From: Octopus vulgaris
Taxonomy: Eukaryota
Direction: 5' to 3'
Assembly: GCA_951406725.2 (NCBI GenBank)
Contig: OX597822.1
Location: forward strand, 3,968,001-4,032,000
DNA length: 64,000 nt
A model generated the notes under the pieces. It was not told the origin of the DNA, made no database searches, and saw only the letters and a list, made by a program, of their open reading frames with translations. Each line of letters opens with the position of its first letter. Position 1 is the first letter of the stretch. The translations under genes and the position numbers were made by a program. Below, piece by piece: positions 1 through 13,426 of this stretch.

Positions 1-325
1 CATTTCATCTGATACACATTGATTAGGGAGGCGGTTGAGTGTTATTAATCGGGAAAAGCCGTAGCGGTGCAAAGAACTAGCTCCATGCGTCAAGGTACTC
101 GATAACTTTCTTAACCCATGCTGAGCTGAATAGCGAATGTTACTATAAAGATACATGACGATAGGAGCATGGACAATAAGATATATGTGATAATATTGTA
201 TACATAAACACACACACACAAATGTTTATATTATGAAAATGTGAAGTCCTCGAGAAAAGGTGATGTAAATAAATTTAAGGCTGAATCTCGAAGTGGAAAC
301 ACCAATAAATAATCCGTTTTACTAT

Positions 326-528
326 AGGCGCACAAAGCCTGAAATTTGTGTTGAAGGGGTTAAGTCGATGTCAACGACTCCAGCACTAGACTGGTCCTTA
401 TCTAATCGACAGCGAAAGGATGAAAGGCAAAGTCGGCTGCGGCGGAATTTTAACTCAGAATATAAAAGACGGACCAAATACCGCTAAGGATTTTGTCCGG
501 TCTGCTATCGGTTCTGTCAGCTTGCCGT
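326..528 (-). mobile_element. tRNA-derived SINE, family B, degenerate copy
   Basis: Reverse complement matches the family-B copies at 18651 and 27335 (head ggcaagctgacagaaccgatagc, B-box gagttaaaattcc, gtcgactttgcctttcatcc-like core). Confidence 0.75.
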
Positions 529-1058
529 GTAATGCACCTATAAATAATGTCATGAAGTATAATGGGTTATAAACACATTTCAGAGAAAAAGGGTTGAAGA
601 CTGCCTGCAGGATATTACTTTTTTTCCATTCTAGAGATTGTACCCGATATATTACATACTCCTATTTTTAGCTCCACACTGGTAGATGACTTCTATTGTA
701 ATACCCGTATTTCTTGGTTGGAATCATCAGTTGGATATGTCGAGGGTAGATATAAACTACAAAACAGGATTCATTGTTTATAAAATATTTAATTACATCA
801 TCTTACGTGTGCTGCATTCAAAAAGGAATGAATTTAGTTATGTAATGTAAATTATATCATCAAATTGTATTGTCAGTCTCCAGAGATGCGTAACTTTAAT
901 TCGTAATATTACTGGACAAGTGACAAGATTGCCACCACTGTATACGTAAACAACTGATGCAATTTCATTATATAAAATGTGCATTATATAATTAATAATT
1001 ATTCTTTATTAATGAAACATGTATATACATATGCATACATAGACTAATGTATGTTAGC

Positions 1059-1089
<31 letters not shown>

Positions 1090-1107
1090 CGTGCGTGTAT
1101 TGTGAAG

Positions 1108-1390
1108 ACGCATAACTTAGTGTCTTCAGCTCGGCTCGTGATCGTAAGTTTATGAGTTCGATACCCGGTGACGTGTTTTGTCCTTGAGCAAAACAACCTC
1201 TTCTCACGTTGCTCCAGTACACTCATCCGGCAAAAATTACTTGTGCCTGTCGTTCACTCACCTACACTTGTCACACTCTGTATCACACTGTTTCCTCCCT
1301 GAGAACCACGTTAAGGGTGCGCATGTCTGTGAACATTTAGTTCACGGACAAACCAACTGGAACACTCGTCACCATAACCGATGAAGTGGC
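1108..1390 (+). mobile_element. tRNA-derived SINE, family D, degenerate copy
   Basis: B-box gagttcgatacc, CORE-like tgtccttgagcaaaaca, and body shared with the 11903 and 30714 copies. Confidence 0.75.
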
Positions 1391-1397
1391 CAGCATA

Positions 1398-1842
<445 letters not shown>

Positions 1843-2651
1843 TACATGCTTTATATGCGTAGTTATGTTTGGATATTTTTGTGTAATTGTGAGCATGCGC
1901 ATTACTATGGTAGTATCTAGCGAAAATAAATTCATGAATATGTGTTGTATATGTTATACAAAAAAATAGCATAAGTACTAGTATTAATAAACATACACAT
2001 ACATACATATATGTGCGTGTATGTTACTAAGTGTGTAAATGTGTTTGCATGTATGTGCTTCTGTAAGTATGTTTATATGAATATTTAAATACATGTGCAT
2101 AGGATATACCATAGTAATTATGTACGTGTTTTAAACCTTATATTTCGTGTACACTTGAGAATATTGCATAGAAAATATGACATGCCATTTACCAAATAAC
2201 ATCAAACGATATCATATATTTTGTTTTCTGTGGGTTAATTAACTTTCTTAGCAAAACTCGAAACCTATTAATCATAAGGGAAATACAATATTTGTCAACA
2301 AACTTCTACATTATGTAAGAATTAACATCTGTAGCACTAACGAAAGAAATTGCACTCCAGCAACTGATCGGGATCAATTACATTTTTTTGCATCAAGTAT
2401 TCAGGAAAATGTAATCGTTGATAAAGATATATCTAATTAAATGGCCTTTTTCTAAATTACGAAATTATTCATTAGCAGTTTTTGTCATCTACAAGTAAAC
2501 TTCCTAGTTAAAATAAATACCCTTATATATGTCTGTGTGTGTCAGTGTGTCTGTTTGTATATGTATATAAATTTGTGTGTGTGAGAGTTTATATATATAT
2601 ATAAGGGGGATGGCCACTAAGCGGACATCCATTATGCTAGAAGTCGACCCT

Positions 2652-2703
<52 letters not shown>

Positions 2704-2872
2704 GTGTGTGTATTTTCCAATGTGTACAAATAACACGGAAAAAATGAATAAATAGTTACCGGAGTAGCGAAAATTCACATAAGTAACAAGGACGTAACAG
2801 CCTACTTATAAAGGTAGGAATTCCATGGTTTAGTGAAATGCTTTTATATTACGTAGATAAATAAATAAATGG

Positions 2873-2968
2873 AGTTAAACGCAGGTATTATTCAAATCTT
2901 TATACTTCGGACATATGTTTCGAAACATGTCGGAAGTACAAAGATTTGAATAAAACCTGCGTTTAACT
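2873..2968. repeat. Near-perfect ~48 bp-arm palindrome centred on tttcgaaa
   Basis: agttaaacgcaggtattattcaaatcttt is mirrored by aaagatttgaataaaacctgcgtttaact. Confidence 0.9.
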
Positions 2969-2984
2969 TCACTTTTTATATTTA

Positions 2985-3037
<53 letters not shown>

Positions 3038-3039
<2 letters not shown>

Positions 3040-3186
3040 GCGACTGTCTTCTTTCAATTTTTCTCTACCTGTTCCACTCACAAGGCTTTGGTCGGCCCGA
3101 GGCAACAGTAGAATACACTTGCCCAGTTGGACTGAACTCAGAGCCATGTGGGTGGGGAGCAAACTTCTAAAATACCCACGCTTGCG

Positions 3187-3189
<3 letters not shown>
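3038..3189 (-). mobile_element. SINE family A, 5' half
   Basis: Matches 10127-10290 (ccactcacaaggctttggtcggcccgagg...cacttgcccag...gactgaac). Confidence 0.8.
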
Positions 3190-3244
<55 letters not shown>

Positions 3245-3356
3245 TGTACGTATATATGCATGTATGAATTTATGCATGTATGTATGTATGTATGTATGTA
3301 TGTATGTATGTATGTATGTATGTATGTATGTGTGTGTGTGTATGTATGTATGCACA

Positions 3357-3548
3357 GTTGAAATTTATAGAAAAACAAAAAACGAAGACAGGTGTACAAA
3401 CATCAAGTGTAGCAGTTTGACGCTCGAGAAAAATGCAAAAAGTCATTTACGATTAGAGCCTACGCTCTTCAAATGAAAGGAATAAAAGTAAAGAAATTAA
3501 ACAGAAAATGAAAAAAACTTGTAGACTTCAGCGTTCCAACATGGCGAA
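3357..3548 (-). mobile_element. Short Penelope-derived element, degenerate copy of the 7694 family
   Basis: Shares acgaagacaggtg...gagcctacgctcttc...catggcga with 7694-7880. Confidence 0.6.
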
Positions 3549-4950
3549 TGGCTTATTTAAAACAGTTTCATTTGGGAAGAGTTCGATTCGGCCCCAAGCA
3601 AATTAAAGTTTCGTAGGCTCCTTACAGAAACCTATCTCATCGAATTGAGTAATGCCGGAAGTCTTAGAGGTCTAGCGGAACCTGGGATCCTATTGATCTG
3701 GACGGATTATATGATATTATGAGAAGTGAGATTGACATACCAGTGACACCAAATGCATTGAAAAAGAAGATTTGTAGGAAAGCGTGGATGGATAGGAATC
3801 TGAGGGTGTCTTGTTGTCTGGCTCGTCTTTGAGAAGACTAACGAGATATGAGATACAGGGTCGGTATGTATGTATGTGTATGTGTATGGCAGCTGTATGA
3901 GTGTGTAGATTGGGCATCTCATGCGTATGTGTGCGTATTTCTTATGCCTGTGGGGAGGTTCCTGTGTGTAATCTATAGTGTAGATGGGAGCTGGTGGCAT
4001 CAGCTCCTTGGTGCGTATGTTCGTCTTTGCTAGGGAATGTAATTACTTGTGCGGCTGCGTATTAGTCATTTGTGAGTACTTGCCGGTGCGAACATGCGTC
4101 AGCTGTGTATATCAGAATTCTGTTGATTTTATTTTATTGATAAGATAAAGGAATGGAGGGAGAGAGAAGGGGGAGACCAGAGTGGTAACGCGTATAATTC
4201 TAGAACAGGAAGAGCCGAGAGAAATTGCGCGTTAAAAAATGCTTTGGAGAGAATTTAAACCAACATTCCTTAAAAGTTTTTAGAAAGATCGGAGATGTAT
4301 GTATTCATCTATTGAGCAATTTCTTTCACTCAGTTACGCCCACAGCGGTATAATAATATTGAACCAGTATATATACATCTATACAGATAGATTTAGCTAT
4401 AGTTCTGGATATAAATATATATATATATAGATAGATGTGTGTGTGCCTGTGCGTCAACGTGTATGACTGTGTGTGTGTGTGTGTGTGTGAAATGCGGCAA
4501 TTAGGCGTATGGACTAATTAACAAATATTTAATTGTCTAGGCGACTTATTATATCCAGTATTGTTAAATATTGATAAGTTTTCATTACTAAGTTTCACAT
4601 CAAAGAAGGGTTCATCAAGTAATATATCAAAGGATATATAATATGTTAACGGATTACGGTCGGCATGCTGTAAATATCAGACCGATAAAAATTTTGTTTT
4701 CATCCAGAAGATCAATAAGGTTATTACATCTGTTGTAATTTATCACTTAGATTATAGCTCCATGGTGCTATTTTAGATACTTCCGCACTTTGTCTCAGAT
4801 ATCCATTTTTTTTTCTATTGCAGAATATTCTCGTTTTGCACTGTTGGCCCTTTGTTGTGCCGCTTATGTCGAGCGTTCTGTATGGTCATTGACCGGTCAA
4901 TATTAAAGGAGTTAATACATTAGTCTCTAATTTTGCATACCTGACAGGAT

Positions 4951-5220
4951 TGGGAGGCACGTGGCCTAGTAGTTAGAGCAGCGGACTCGCGGGTTCGAAT
5001 CTCAGACCGGACGATGTGTGTGTTTATGAGCGAAACACCTAAGCTCCACGCGGCTCCGGCAGAAGGTAATGGCGAAACTTCTGCTGACTCACATTCTTTC
5101 CTCCTGTATTTTGCAATGGACCGGCGTCCCGTCCAGGTGGGGAACCTATACGCCGGGAAACCGGGAAACCGGCCCTTGTGAGCCAGCCATGACTCGAGAA
5201 GGAACAAACAACAACAACAA
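4951..5220 (+). mobile_element. SINE family C with (CAA)n tail and 15 bp TSD
   Basis: A-box tggcctagtag, B-box ggttcgaatc; TSD catacctgacaggat (4936-4950) vs catacatgacaggat (5221-5235). Confidence 0.9.
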
Positions 5221-5622
5221 CATACATGACAGGATGGCGCTAACGTTATAATCTGTCTCTAAATCTCCGCGATACGTCTATGCTTCATTGAACGTGGCTT
5301 GCATCTGCCTTCGCTTACACCGATATAGTATACATTTTCGTTTCTTACTGCTCGTCTGATATACTACTTTTCTTACTTACGTAAAATATTACGGTTCATA
5401 TTTTCATTTAGAGGCTAGGCTACTTTTGTTAAGCAATTATATTCCCTTCCACGGAAAATGCTGGTTGGCTAATCAAAGTTAACTCATTATCATCACTATG
5501 CCGCCAAAATATCCGACCTAATTGTAAAGACATTTTATATTGTTTTGGCTCAATATTTCTGACTGGTTTCAGTACTTATTAGAATATTCCATTATGAAAT
5601 ATGTGAACACATACATATTCCC

Positions 5623-5832
5623 TGTGACCGCGTGTGTACCGTTGGCGATTTTTTTCCCTCCGTATTCTCTTCTCTGGATCTTTCCTTTTCCTATGTTTCT
5701 GACGAAGAGCTCCGCTCGAAACGTAAAACCGTCCTTCTTCCCTTCCTTCCTGAGCGTCCAATAATACTATATTTGCTCCACGTCCTCGCGTTCTTGTGTT
5801 TTCTCTTTGTGTTTTCATGTTTGGATTAACTT
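5623..5832 (+). mobile_element. ~210 bp non-coding element carrying a hammerhead-like motif (Penelope-derived or retrozyme-like)
   Basis: Three copies in the window (5623+, 6160-, 13293+), each ending ttggattaact next to (TA)n. Confidence 0.8.
5695..5729 (+). ncRNA. Minimal type I hammerhead ribozyme motif
   Basis: gttt-CTGACGA-a-GAGC-tcc-GCTC-GAA-ACGT-A-aaac: intact core, stem II GAGC/GCTC, palindromic ACGT stem III, stem I gttt/aaac. Confidence 0.7.
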
Positions 5833-5833
5833 G

Positions 5834-5868
<35 letters not shown>

Positions 5869-6125
5869 TACTTATTATATTATAGTTAACTTTTTTATAC
5901 TCTTTGGTTAGTTATAGAAAAAAGTTTTAATTTAAAAATTAAAAAAATATAAAAATTTTATAATATAAATTTAAAAAATTTTAATTTTAATAATTTAAAT
6001 TTCAAATTTTATATTTTATATATATATTATATTAATTATTTTTATTTTTTGTTTTTTATGTTTTGGTTTATGTCTATCACTGTTTGAGTTTCTTAATAGT
6101 GGTTTTATCTCTGATTTAATTTATA

Positions 6126-6159
<34 letters not shown>

Positions 6160-6165
<6 letters not shown>

Positions 6166-6364
6166 ATCCAAACAAGAAAGCACGAAAAAAACACAACAAC
6201 GCGAAGACGTGGAACAAATATAGTTTTACTGGACGCCCAGGAAAGAAGGAAAGAAGGAGGGTTTAACGTTTCGAGCGGAGCTCTTCGTCGGAAACATAAG
6301 AGAAGGAAAGGTCCAGAGAAAGGAAGACAGAGAAAAAAATCGCCAACGGTACACACGCGGTCAC
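6160..6364 (-). mobile_element. Inverted copy of the 5623 element; hammerhead motif at 6261-6295 with core CCGACGA
   Basis: Reverse complement gtttccgacgaagagctccgctcgaaacgttaaac; the flanks align with 5623-5832. Confidence 0.85.
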
Positions 6365-6713
6365 GCACCAATAATAGCTGTTAGTGAATATAAACAGTTA
6401 TCATTGCAGTGTCTATGTTCGTGTCATTGTTATGGATCATGAGTACAAAGAGAACGCTTTTCAACCATGTTTTTGATGAATTATTGTAATAAATATTAGC
6501 TTTGCTGAAGTTTCATTGAAAATATATGAAACATTATTCTAGATATATTGAAAACAACTGTTTTAATATATTAGGAGAGGAGTTTGAATCCTTATTTAAA
6601 GTATATAATTTAACATAAGGACAGCGAGAAGGAAAGAAACAAGGAAAGATTGACAAAAATATGCATATATTACGTGTCTCTCTACACGATGCTTTTTGCA
6701 TGTGGCAAACTAA

Positions 6714-6747
<34 letters not shown>

Positions 6748-6841
6748 CTATTTCTCTCTCAATAACATATACCAATGTTCATACAAACATACAGTGATAT
6801 CTAGTTGTAGAGTTGCATACACACATATACACATTTACACT

Positions 6842-6843
<2 letters not shown>

Positions 6844-6882
<39 letters not shown>

Positions 6883-7111
6883 CATATATACATGCATACA
6901 TATATATATATATGTATATACAGACATAATTGTATACATACATATATACATACATACATATATATATATGTATGTATATATATATATATATATATACATA
7001 TGTATGTATGTATATATATGTATGTATATATGTATATATGTATATACAATATATATATATGTATATATATATGCATGTATATATATATGTATGCTTATGT
7101 ATATATATATA
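6844..7111. repeat. Compound (TA)n/(TACA)n/(TATG)n microsatellite
   Basis: Direct inspection. Confidence 0.95.
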
Positions 7112-7693
7112 TTCTCTTTTACTTTTTATCTGCGTGTTTTATCTCTTCTTTCTAGCATGTCCGAGGTGATATTTCTGTCCCCTCCTTATATTTTTTTCCT
7201 AAATTTCTTCCAATTCCTATGATTAGGGTTTCTCCCACAAAATACGTTCTCAATATTTTAATTTTCTCCCTCTCCACACCAAATTAATAATTTACTTTTT
7301 CAAATTCTTATTCTTGGTAATACATGGAGAAAAAACAGAGTACGAATCTTTAAGAATTTTACCCATTATCTCACCTCTTCCAAAAACCAACACACTCCCA
7401 ATGTTGTACTGTTAGCTTCTTTGGAAAACGGTGAAGTATCTTCAGAAATAACGTCGTTTACCTGTTGTTTCTAAGCATGTCGAGTTTTCTGGTGGTGGTC
7501 TGGTATTTTTTAAGTCTACTATTTCAATAGAATTCTACGCATGCGGGAAACATCAGCCAAAAATGAAAGACTGGGAGATTTTAGCTTTTTGAAAGCTGGC
7601 AGGTGTTGGGTGGGCGAGGTGGAGAAAAGGACATTAAGGGTTTCTTTCAGAAAAATTAAACTATAAAAAATGTATGTATATATATATATATAT

Positions 7694-7880
7694 AGGGAGA
7701 GTTTACGAAAAAAACAAAAGACGAAGACAGGTGGTGTACAAAACAAACAGATGTATTAGTATAACGCTCAGGAATAGAAAGTCTTTTACGGTTCGAGCCT
7801 GCGCTCTTCTACAGAAAGGGATACAGAAAAAACAAGGAGAGAAAAAAATCTGTGTAGTGGCTAACGATCTATCATGGCGA
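7694..7880 (-). mobile_element. Short element between (TA)n tracts with a variant hammerhead-like motif (7783-7818)
   Basis: Reverse complement cttt-CTGTAGA-a-GAGC-gcag-GCTC-GAA-CCGT-A-aaag. Confidence 0.65.
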
Positions 7881-7885
7881 CTATC

Positions 7886-7933
<48 letters not shown>

Positions 7934-8924
7934 CCATCTATCATGTGTATCAGATTCGTAATCTCTGTGTTTTTCTACATAGTTTACAAAAAAAAAAAAT
8001 TCGAAAAGTTACAAATTAAGAAATAACCGTGAAGATAAGAGATTAAAATATTGAAAACGTGATTTCTGGACAATGATGAAACAATATAATTTCTGATCCT
8101 TCTTAAGAACAGAAAGGACTTTCATGCAAATTACACCCTTGCCCTTCACTATTGAACAAAAAATAAATTCCATTATTCCATTAAATATATATCAGCTGTG
8201 CCGATTCTGCCCTTAAGAAAGGGGCAAATAATACACTGTGCTTGTAGGTCATAACATCCGGACAACGTCGGGAAGTGTTACCAGGGTGTGAGTGTGTGAG
8301 CTGTGTGTGTGTGTAATAATGTGTGTGTTTTCATATGTGCATACATGTATATATACACGATAACAGTATTGGAACATTAATCGAAATTAATCTAAAAACA
8401 AAATCAAAATAGAAGGAGCAGACGACAGAGACCGCCACCACAATTAGACTTCACATTTACACTACAATCGCCAGTAATCGATATTGCTATCCTAAATCAT
8501 ATGATTGCTTCTACTGGTTGTTCTCAATGACAGTAAGAGGGTGAGTGAAAAGTGAGAGACAGACAGACAGACAGAGAAGGCAAACAGATAGACAGATAGA
8601 GCAAGACAAAGAGAGCGAAACTGGGAGGGAGAGAGAGAGAGAGATTGAACAGAGAGAGAGTGATTACGAGACCGATAAAATGAGTGACAAGAGACGTTAT
8701 TCAACAGAAAAATAACACGTAAAGAGGTAGTTGTTTAGAGGGCAGAAAATTAGAATACAAAATGAAATAGAAGTGAGGAATAGAATTATAAGTACTGAAT
8801 AGAAATTACTGAGACGTGTAAGATCTGAGGTTTGTTTAATTTTCGCTCTTTGGTTTCCTAGAATTATCTTTCTGACTAGGTGTCTCTTATTACACAGTCT
8901 AATGTTTTTTTTATATATATTATT

Positions 8925-9000
8925 GTACTACTACTACAACTACGACTACGACTACTACTGCTGCTGCTACTGGTACTACTACAACTGCTACTACAGTCAA

Positions 9001-9069
<69 letters not shown>

Positions 9070-9220
9070 GCATACATATATATATATGTATATACATATA
9101 TATATACATATGTATACATATATATACACATATATATATAAACATATATATAAATATATATATATACACATATATATATAAACATATATATACATATATA
9201 TTTATATATATACATATATG

Positions 9221-9256
<36 letters not shown>

Positions 9257-9512
9257 CATATATGTGTGTGAGTGTTCTGTTGTGCTTGTGAGTGTGTGTA
9301 AACAATGCTTGCATTCACTGTTTTATATGGCCTGTTTCTATCTGTGTAATTATAATTATATAATTATATGTTTGTGTCTCATCCACATACATACATACAT
9401 ACATACATACATACATACATACATACATACATACATACATACATACATACATACATGCATACATACATACATACATACATACATGCATACATACACACTC
9501 ACACTCACACAC
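8925..9512. repeat. (CTA)n, (TA)n and (CATA)n microsatellite cluster
   Basis: Direct inspection; explains ORF 8880..9611. Confidence 0.95.
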
Positions 9513-9912
9513 ATATCAGTACAATCTACGGATCGGAAGGAACACAATACACACCAGAGACCAGACATGTTAACGACTAAAGCCCAATACGAGACAACAG
9601 ATGATACGTAACACACAAAATACACAAAGAACTCGGCTCAATATAGATACTACTTAATGCAATATTGTACACATATTTCAGTATAGACGTTATACAGCGC
9701 AATAAAGAAAAATAAAAGTCACCACATTACGCATCACTTACCTTGTGGAACAGTATGTAAACTCTAAACAGATGAATGCACATCTAAGTAGCGCACTAAG
9801 TTCATCTCTTATTTAACAATAAATGTTTGTCCATCTAACATAAGGGAAACGAGTGGTGTGACATGTACTCAGGCATGAGTGGTTGATGGCTCTACCATCA
9901 GAGATGGCGATA

Positions 9913-10290
9913 TACTCTTTACTCTTTTACTCTTTTACTTGTTTCAGTCATTTGACTGCGGCCATGCTGGAGCACCACCTTTTAGTACTTATTCTATCGG
10001 TCTCTTTTTGCCGAACCGCTAAGTGACGGGGACGTAAACACACCAGCATCGGTTGTCAAGCAATGCTAGGGGGACAAACACAGACACACAAACACACACA
10101 CCCATATACATATATATACATATATACGACAGGCTTCTTTCATTTTCCGTCTACCAAATCCACTCACAAGGCATTGGTCGGCCCGGGGCTATAGCAGAAG
10201 ACACTTGCCCAAGATGCCACGCAGTGGGACTGAACCCGCAACCGTGTGGTTGGTTAGCAAGCTACTTACCACACAGCCACTCCTACGCCT
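9913..10290 (-). mobile_element. SINE family A, near full length
   Basis: Minus strand has A-box tggctgtgtgg, B-box ggttcagtccc, CORE-like cttgggcaagtgtc, an internal TA/TG tract and an (AAAAGAGT)n tail. Confidence 0.9.
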
Positions 10291-11580
10291 ATGTTGGGAA
10301 TAAAACTAGACAAGAGAGGGCTACGTTGAGTCACTTCTATTTGAAAATATGTGTCTATGCACAACATCGATATTCAACAAGAGGAAACATTCCCAGTGAA
10401 ACCAGTGATTATTGAAAACAGTAAAACAAGAGAAATAGACCTTTGCATTACCTGGATTGACTACTGAAATTGGTAATGATCCAAACGTCTGCAGACTTAA
10501 GATACGCTACATAAATAAAGCAAGCCCTATAATTACTAAATATGCCAGTTATGTCATCAAAATGGAAACGAGCTACATCGCTACAAAGCATAGAAGATAT
10601 TTACATCCAGGTTTCTACTCAATACCCATTGTATTTTTTATGGTTTATTCGGAACCATAAAGATTATTGATTCTCTGTCCATTATCATTTCAAAATCTTC
10701 TGAACCTTCTTTTGCAAATAAAGGGATTATTTTGACGCTTTATCACCACGTTTTGTACTTCGTAATGAAGATCATAAGAATACTGTTATACTCGATAAAA
10801 TTGTCCGCACCAGAGTTAACATTGTTTTACATTTAACTCCTGGTTACATTCGTAGTTTATTTTCTGTGGGCTGAATTTATTTTCAAAGGTTTTCCAATTA
10901 AGAGCCGTCTTGTTATTTCAGGTGCACTGGAAGAGTTAACAAAATATGTATATACTTACACAATATTTACGTCTTCCTTTCATGAAAGTTTCTTTGAATT
11001 ATTTTATTAGAAAATAATGACTCTAATAATGATTTAAAATAATTGTTTCAAAAATCAATTATAACGTTGTTATCTTCAGTTCTTCGTTACTTGAATCAGT
11101 TCATTCAAAAATGGGATTCTCTCCTGGGAAATCTTTTTGTTTGGGAAATTATTTTAATATACTTTCCTCATACACACAGGAAATGAATGAATAACTGAAC
11201 TGCTTATCTGGCGAAATACAAAGGTATCAAGAACCACAGGGAGAGATTTTCATTCGCATGATTTGGGGCGCAACGTGGTGTCCTTACAGTCGTTTCTTGA
11301 GAAACAACGGTAGAAGGCTATGTGTAAGTCACTCGTTTGCCTACGAACTATGACTGACTCAGGAAAGAAAAAGGTAATGATGGAAAATTTCTGTAATACC
11401 TTAACTTAGAACAGTTGGTTAAGGTATGTGTAAAGCAAAGCAAAAACAACTTAGCATGCAACGGTTACTATTGCAACGCTGGTCATTGTGCAAACTGCAA
11501 CTATAGCTCGTTCTTGTGCTAAAAATATTTTCTCTTTTCAAGCCATCTTGTTTTACCCCCAAAACTACGTACGGTTGTCA

Positions 11581-11582
<2 letters not shown>

Positions 11583-11674
<92 letters not shown>

Positions 11675-11702
11675 TCTCCCCCCCTTCTCTCTCTCTCTCT
11701 CT
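11583..11702. repeat. (TC)n microsatellite
   Basis: Direct inspection. Confidence 0.95.
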
Positions 11703-11902
11703 GTGGTGTTTGTGTATCCTATGCTTTATAAAACATACACACGTTTCGGCAAATTACAGTCAAAATTGCATAATTGATTGTTGAACCGTTACATAGACTT
11801 TTCAGCGTTTAGCAAAACATATATACAGAATGATGTCAAATTAACTCACTGTACATTTTCACGATACAAATTATCACCAATACCAGTGGCACAGTGCGAA
11901 GT

Positions 11903-12210
11903 TGCATGGCTTAGTGATTTATGGTATTCGGCTAACTATCGTAAGGTCGGGAGTTCGATTACAGGGGGCGTGTTGTGTACTAGAACAAGACGCTTTATTT
12001 CACATTGCACCAGTCCACTCGGCTGACAAGAATGAGTAGTACCTGTATTTCAAAGGGCTAGCCTTGTCACATTCTGTTTCACGCTGAATCTCCCTGCGTT
12101 AAGGGTATATGTCTGTAGAGTGCTCAACCACTTGCACGTTAATTTCACAAGCAGGCTGATCCGTTGATCGGATCGACTAGAATCCTCGTTGTTATAACCG
12201 ACGGAGTACC
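11903..12210 (+). mobile_element. SINE family D, full length
   Basis: A-box tggcttagtga, B-box gagttcgatta; body matches the reverse complement of 30714-31022. Confidence 0.9.
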
Positions 12211-13118
12211 AGTGCCACAATATAGTAGAAGATAAACAAAGAAAGTACAAAGTGGTTGTCCTTTTATTTTCCTTTTTCACTTCTCTCTGTTAAATACGTT
12301 GGGAATCGTATCAGTGTTTAAGAATATGTAAGAATGTCTGCCCACTTGGATACGAAAACTTGTGAACTCGAACCTTTGTGCTCTAGCCAACATCACTTTA
12401 TAAAATAGGTATATATGCGTGTATATAGGAAGTCGATGCATTTATATGGATCTGTGTTCACGTGTAACCTATCGGCGTAGTCTCCTTCATACTCGTGAAT
12501 GGGGTCACCTTCCTTTCTAATGACAGCTAGCACAACGCTTAAAATATGTAAAATTTTCCTTTGAAACAGCGTTGGGGTCATTACGAAGTTAAGAATAATT
12601 GAAATAAAAAGTAATGAACACATAATTTGATATACGTATAAGTTAATGAATGAAATTATTGAATATATGAATAAACACAACAAAATAAAATAGAAATATA
12701 CACCTCTCTAGCAAGAACTGACTGCTTGAAAATTCAACACATTTTTCTAAATGCTAAAAAGTCGAAGTTCGAAATTATGTTCGAAAAACATTATCCTCAT
12801 TAAATATACATAAATTATTATCATTACTAATATTCACAGAGTAGATACATTTTATTTTTCCTTCAACAAGTCACATTGTTAAATTGCTTTTGTTAACTTC
12901 CTATTCATAATAAGTCCACTACACAAGTTTGGCGTAAATCACACACTTTTTCACTTTTTGTTGTCTTTTTACTTCTGCTCTGATCTGCATTTAATTATGT
13001 ATGCACGTGTGTGTGTGTGTGTGTGTGTAACATATTAAAATGATGGCTTATTAGCAATTAGAACCTAAAGACAAAATTAATAGAGGTCATAAAGTGACAG
13101 AAGGTACTAACTAGAACC

Positions 13119-13200
13119 GCTTTTGCTAAAAATAAGAGTTAAAACAACTTAAAAGCCTTGTGGCTTTTGAGTTGTTTTAACTCTTATTTTTAGCAAAAGC
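13119..13200. repeat. 39 bp-arm hairpin with a 4 nt loop
   Basis: Arms 13119-13157 and 13162-13200 are complementary except for one T/G pair. Confidence 0.95.
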
Positions 13201-13248
13201 AGTGCTAGTCAGAACCCTCAAGTTTGTGACCTTTCTGTCTGTCTCTCT

Positions 13249-13292
<44 letters not shown>

Positions 13293-13297
<5 letters not shown>

Positions 13298-13426
13298 TCT
13301 GACGAAGAGCTCCGCTCGAAACGTTCAACCCTACTTCTTTCCTTCTTTCCTGAGCGTCCAATAATACTATATTTGTTCCACGTCCTCGCGTTGTTGTGTT
13401 TTCTCTTTGTGCTTTCATGTTTGGAT

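Noticed and set aside
4585-4622. Minus-strand TTGATGA...GAAACTTAGTA hammerhead-like remnant
   Set aside because: The core is mutated and stems I and II do not pair convincingly.
4823-4908. Strong acceptor ttttttttctattgcag followed by a short open frame (YSRFALLALCC...)
   Set aside because: No upstream partner exon or recognisable homology; probably within a repeat.
4951-5010. tRNA-like sequences with A and B boxes (also 11903, 30960, 35640, 39401, 52733)
   Set aside because: They are SINE heads continuing into repeat bodies; I see no complete cloverleaf.
5833-6159. Extremely AT-rich spacer as a possible regulatory or origin element
   Set aside because: It is low-complexity sequence between (TA)n runs and may be decayed microsatellite or consensus error.
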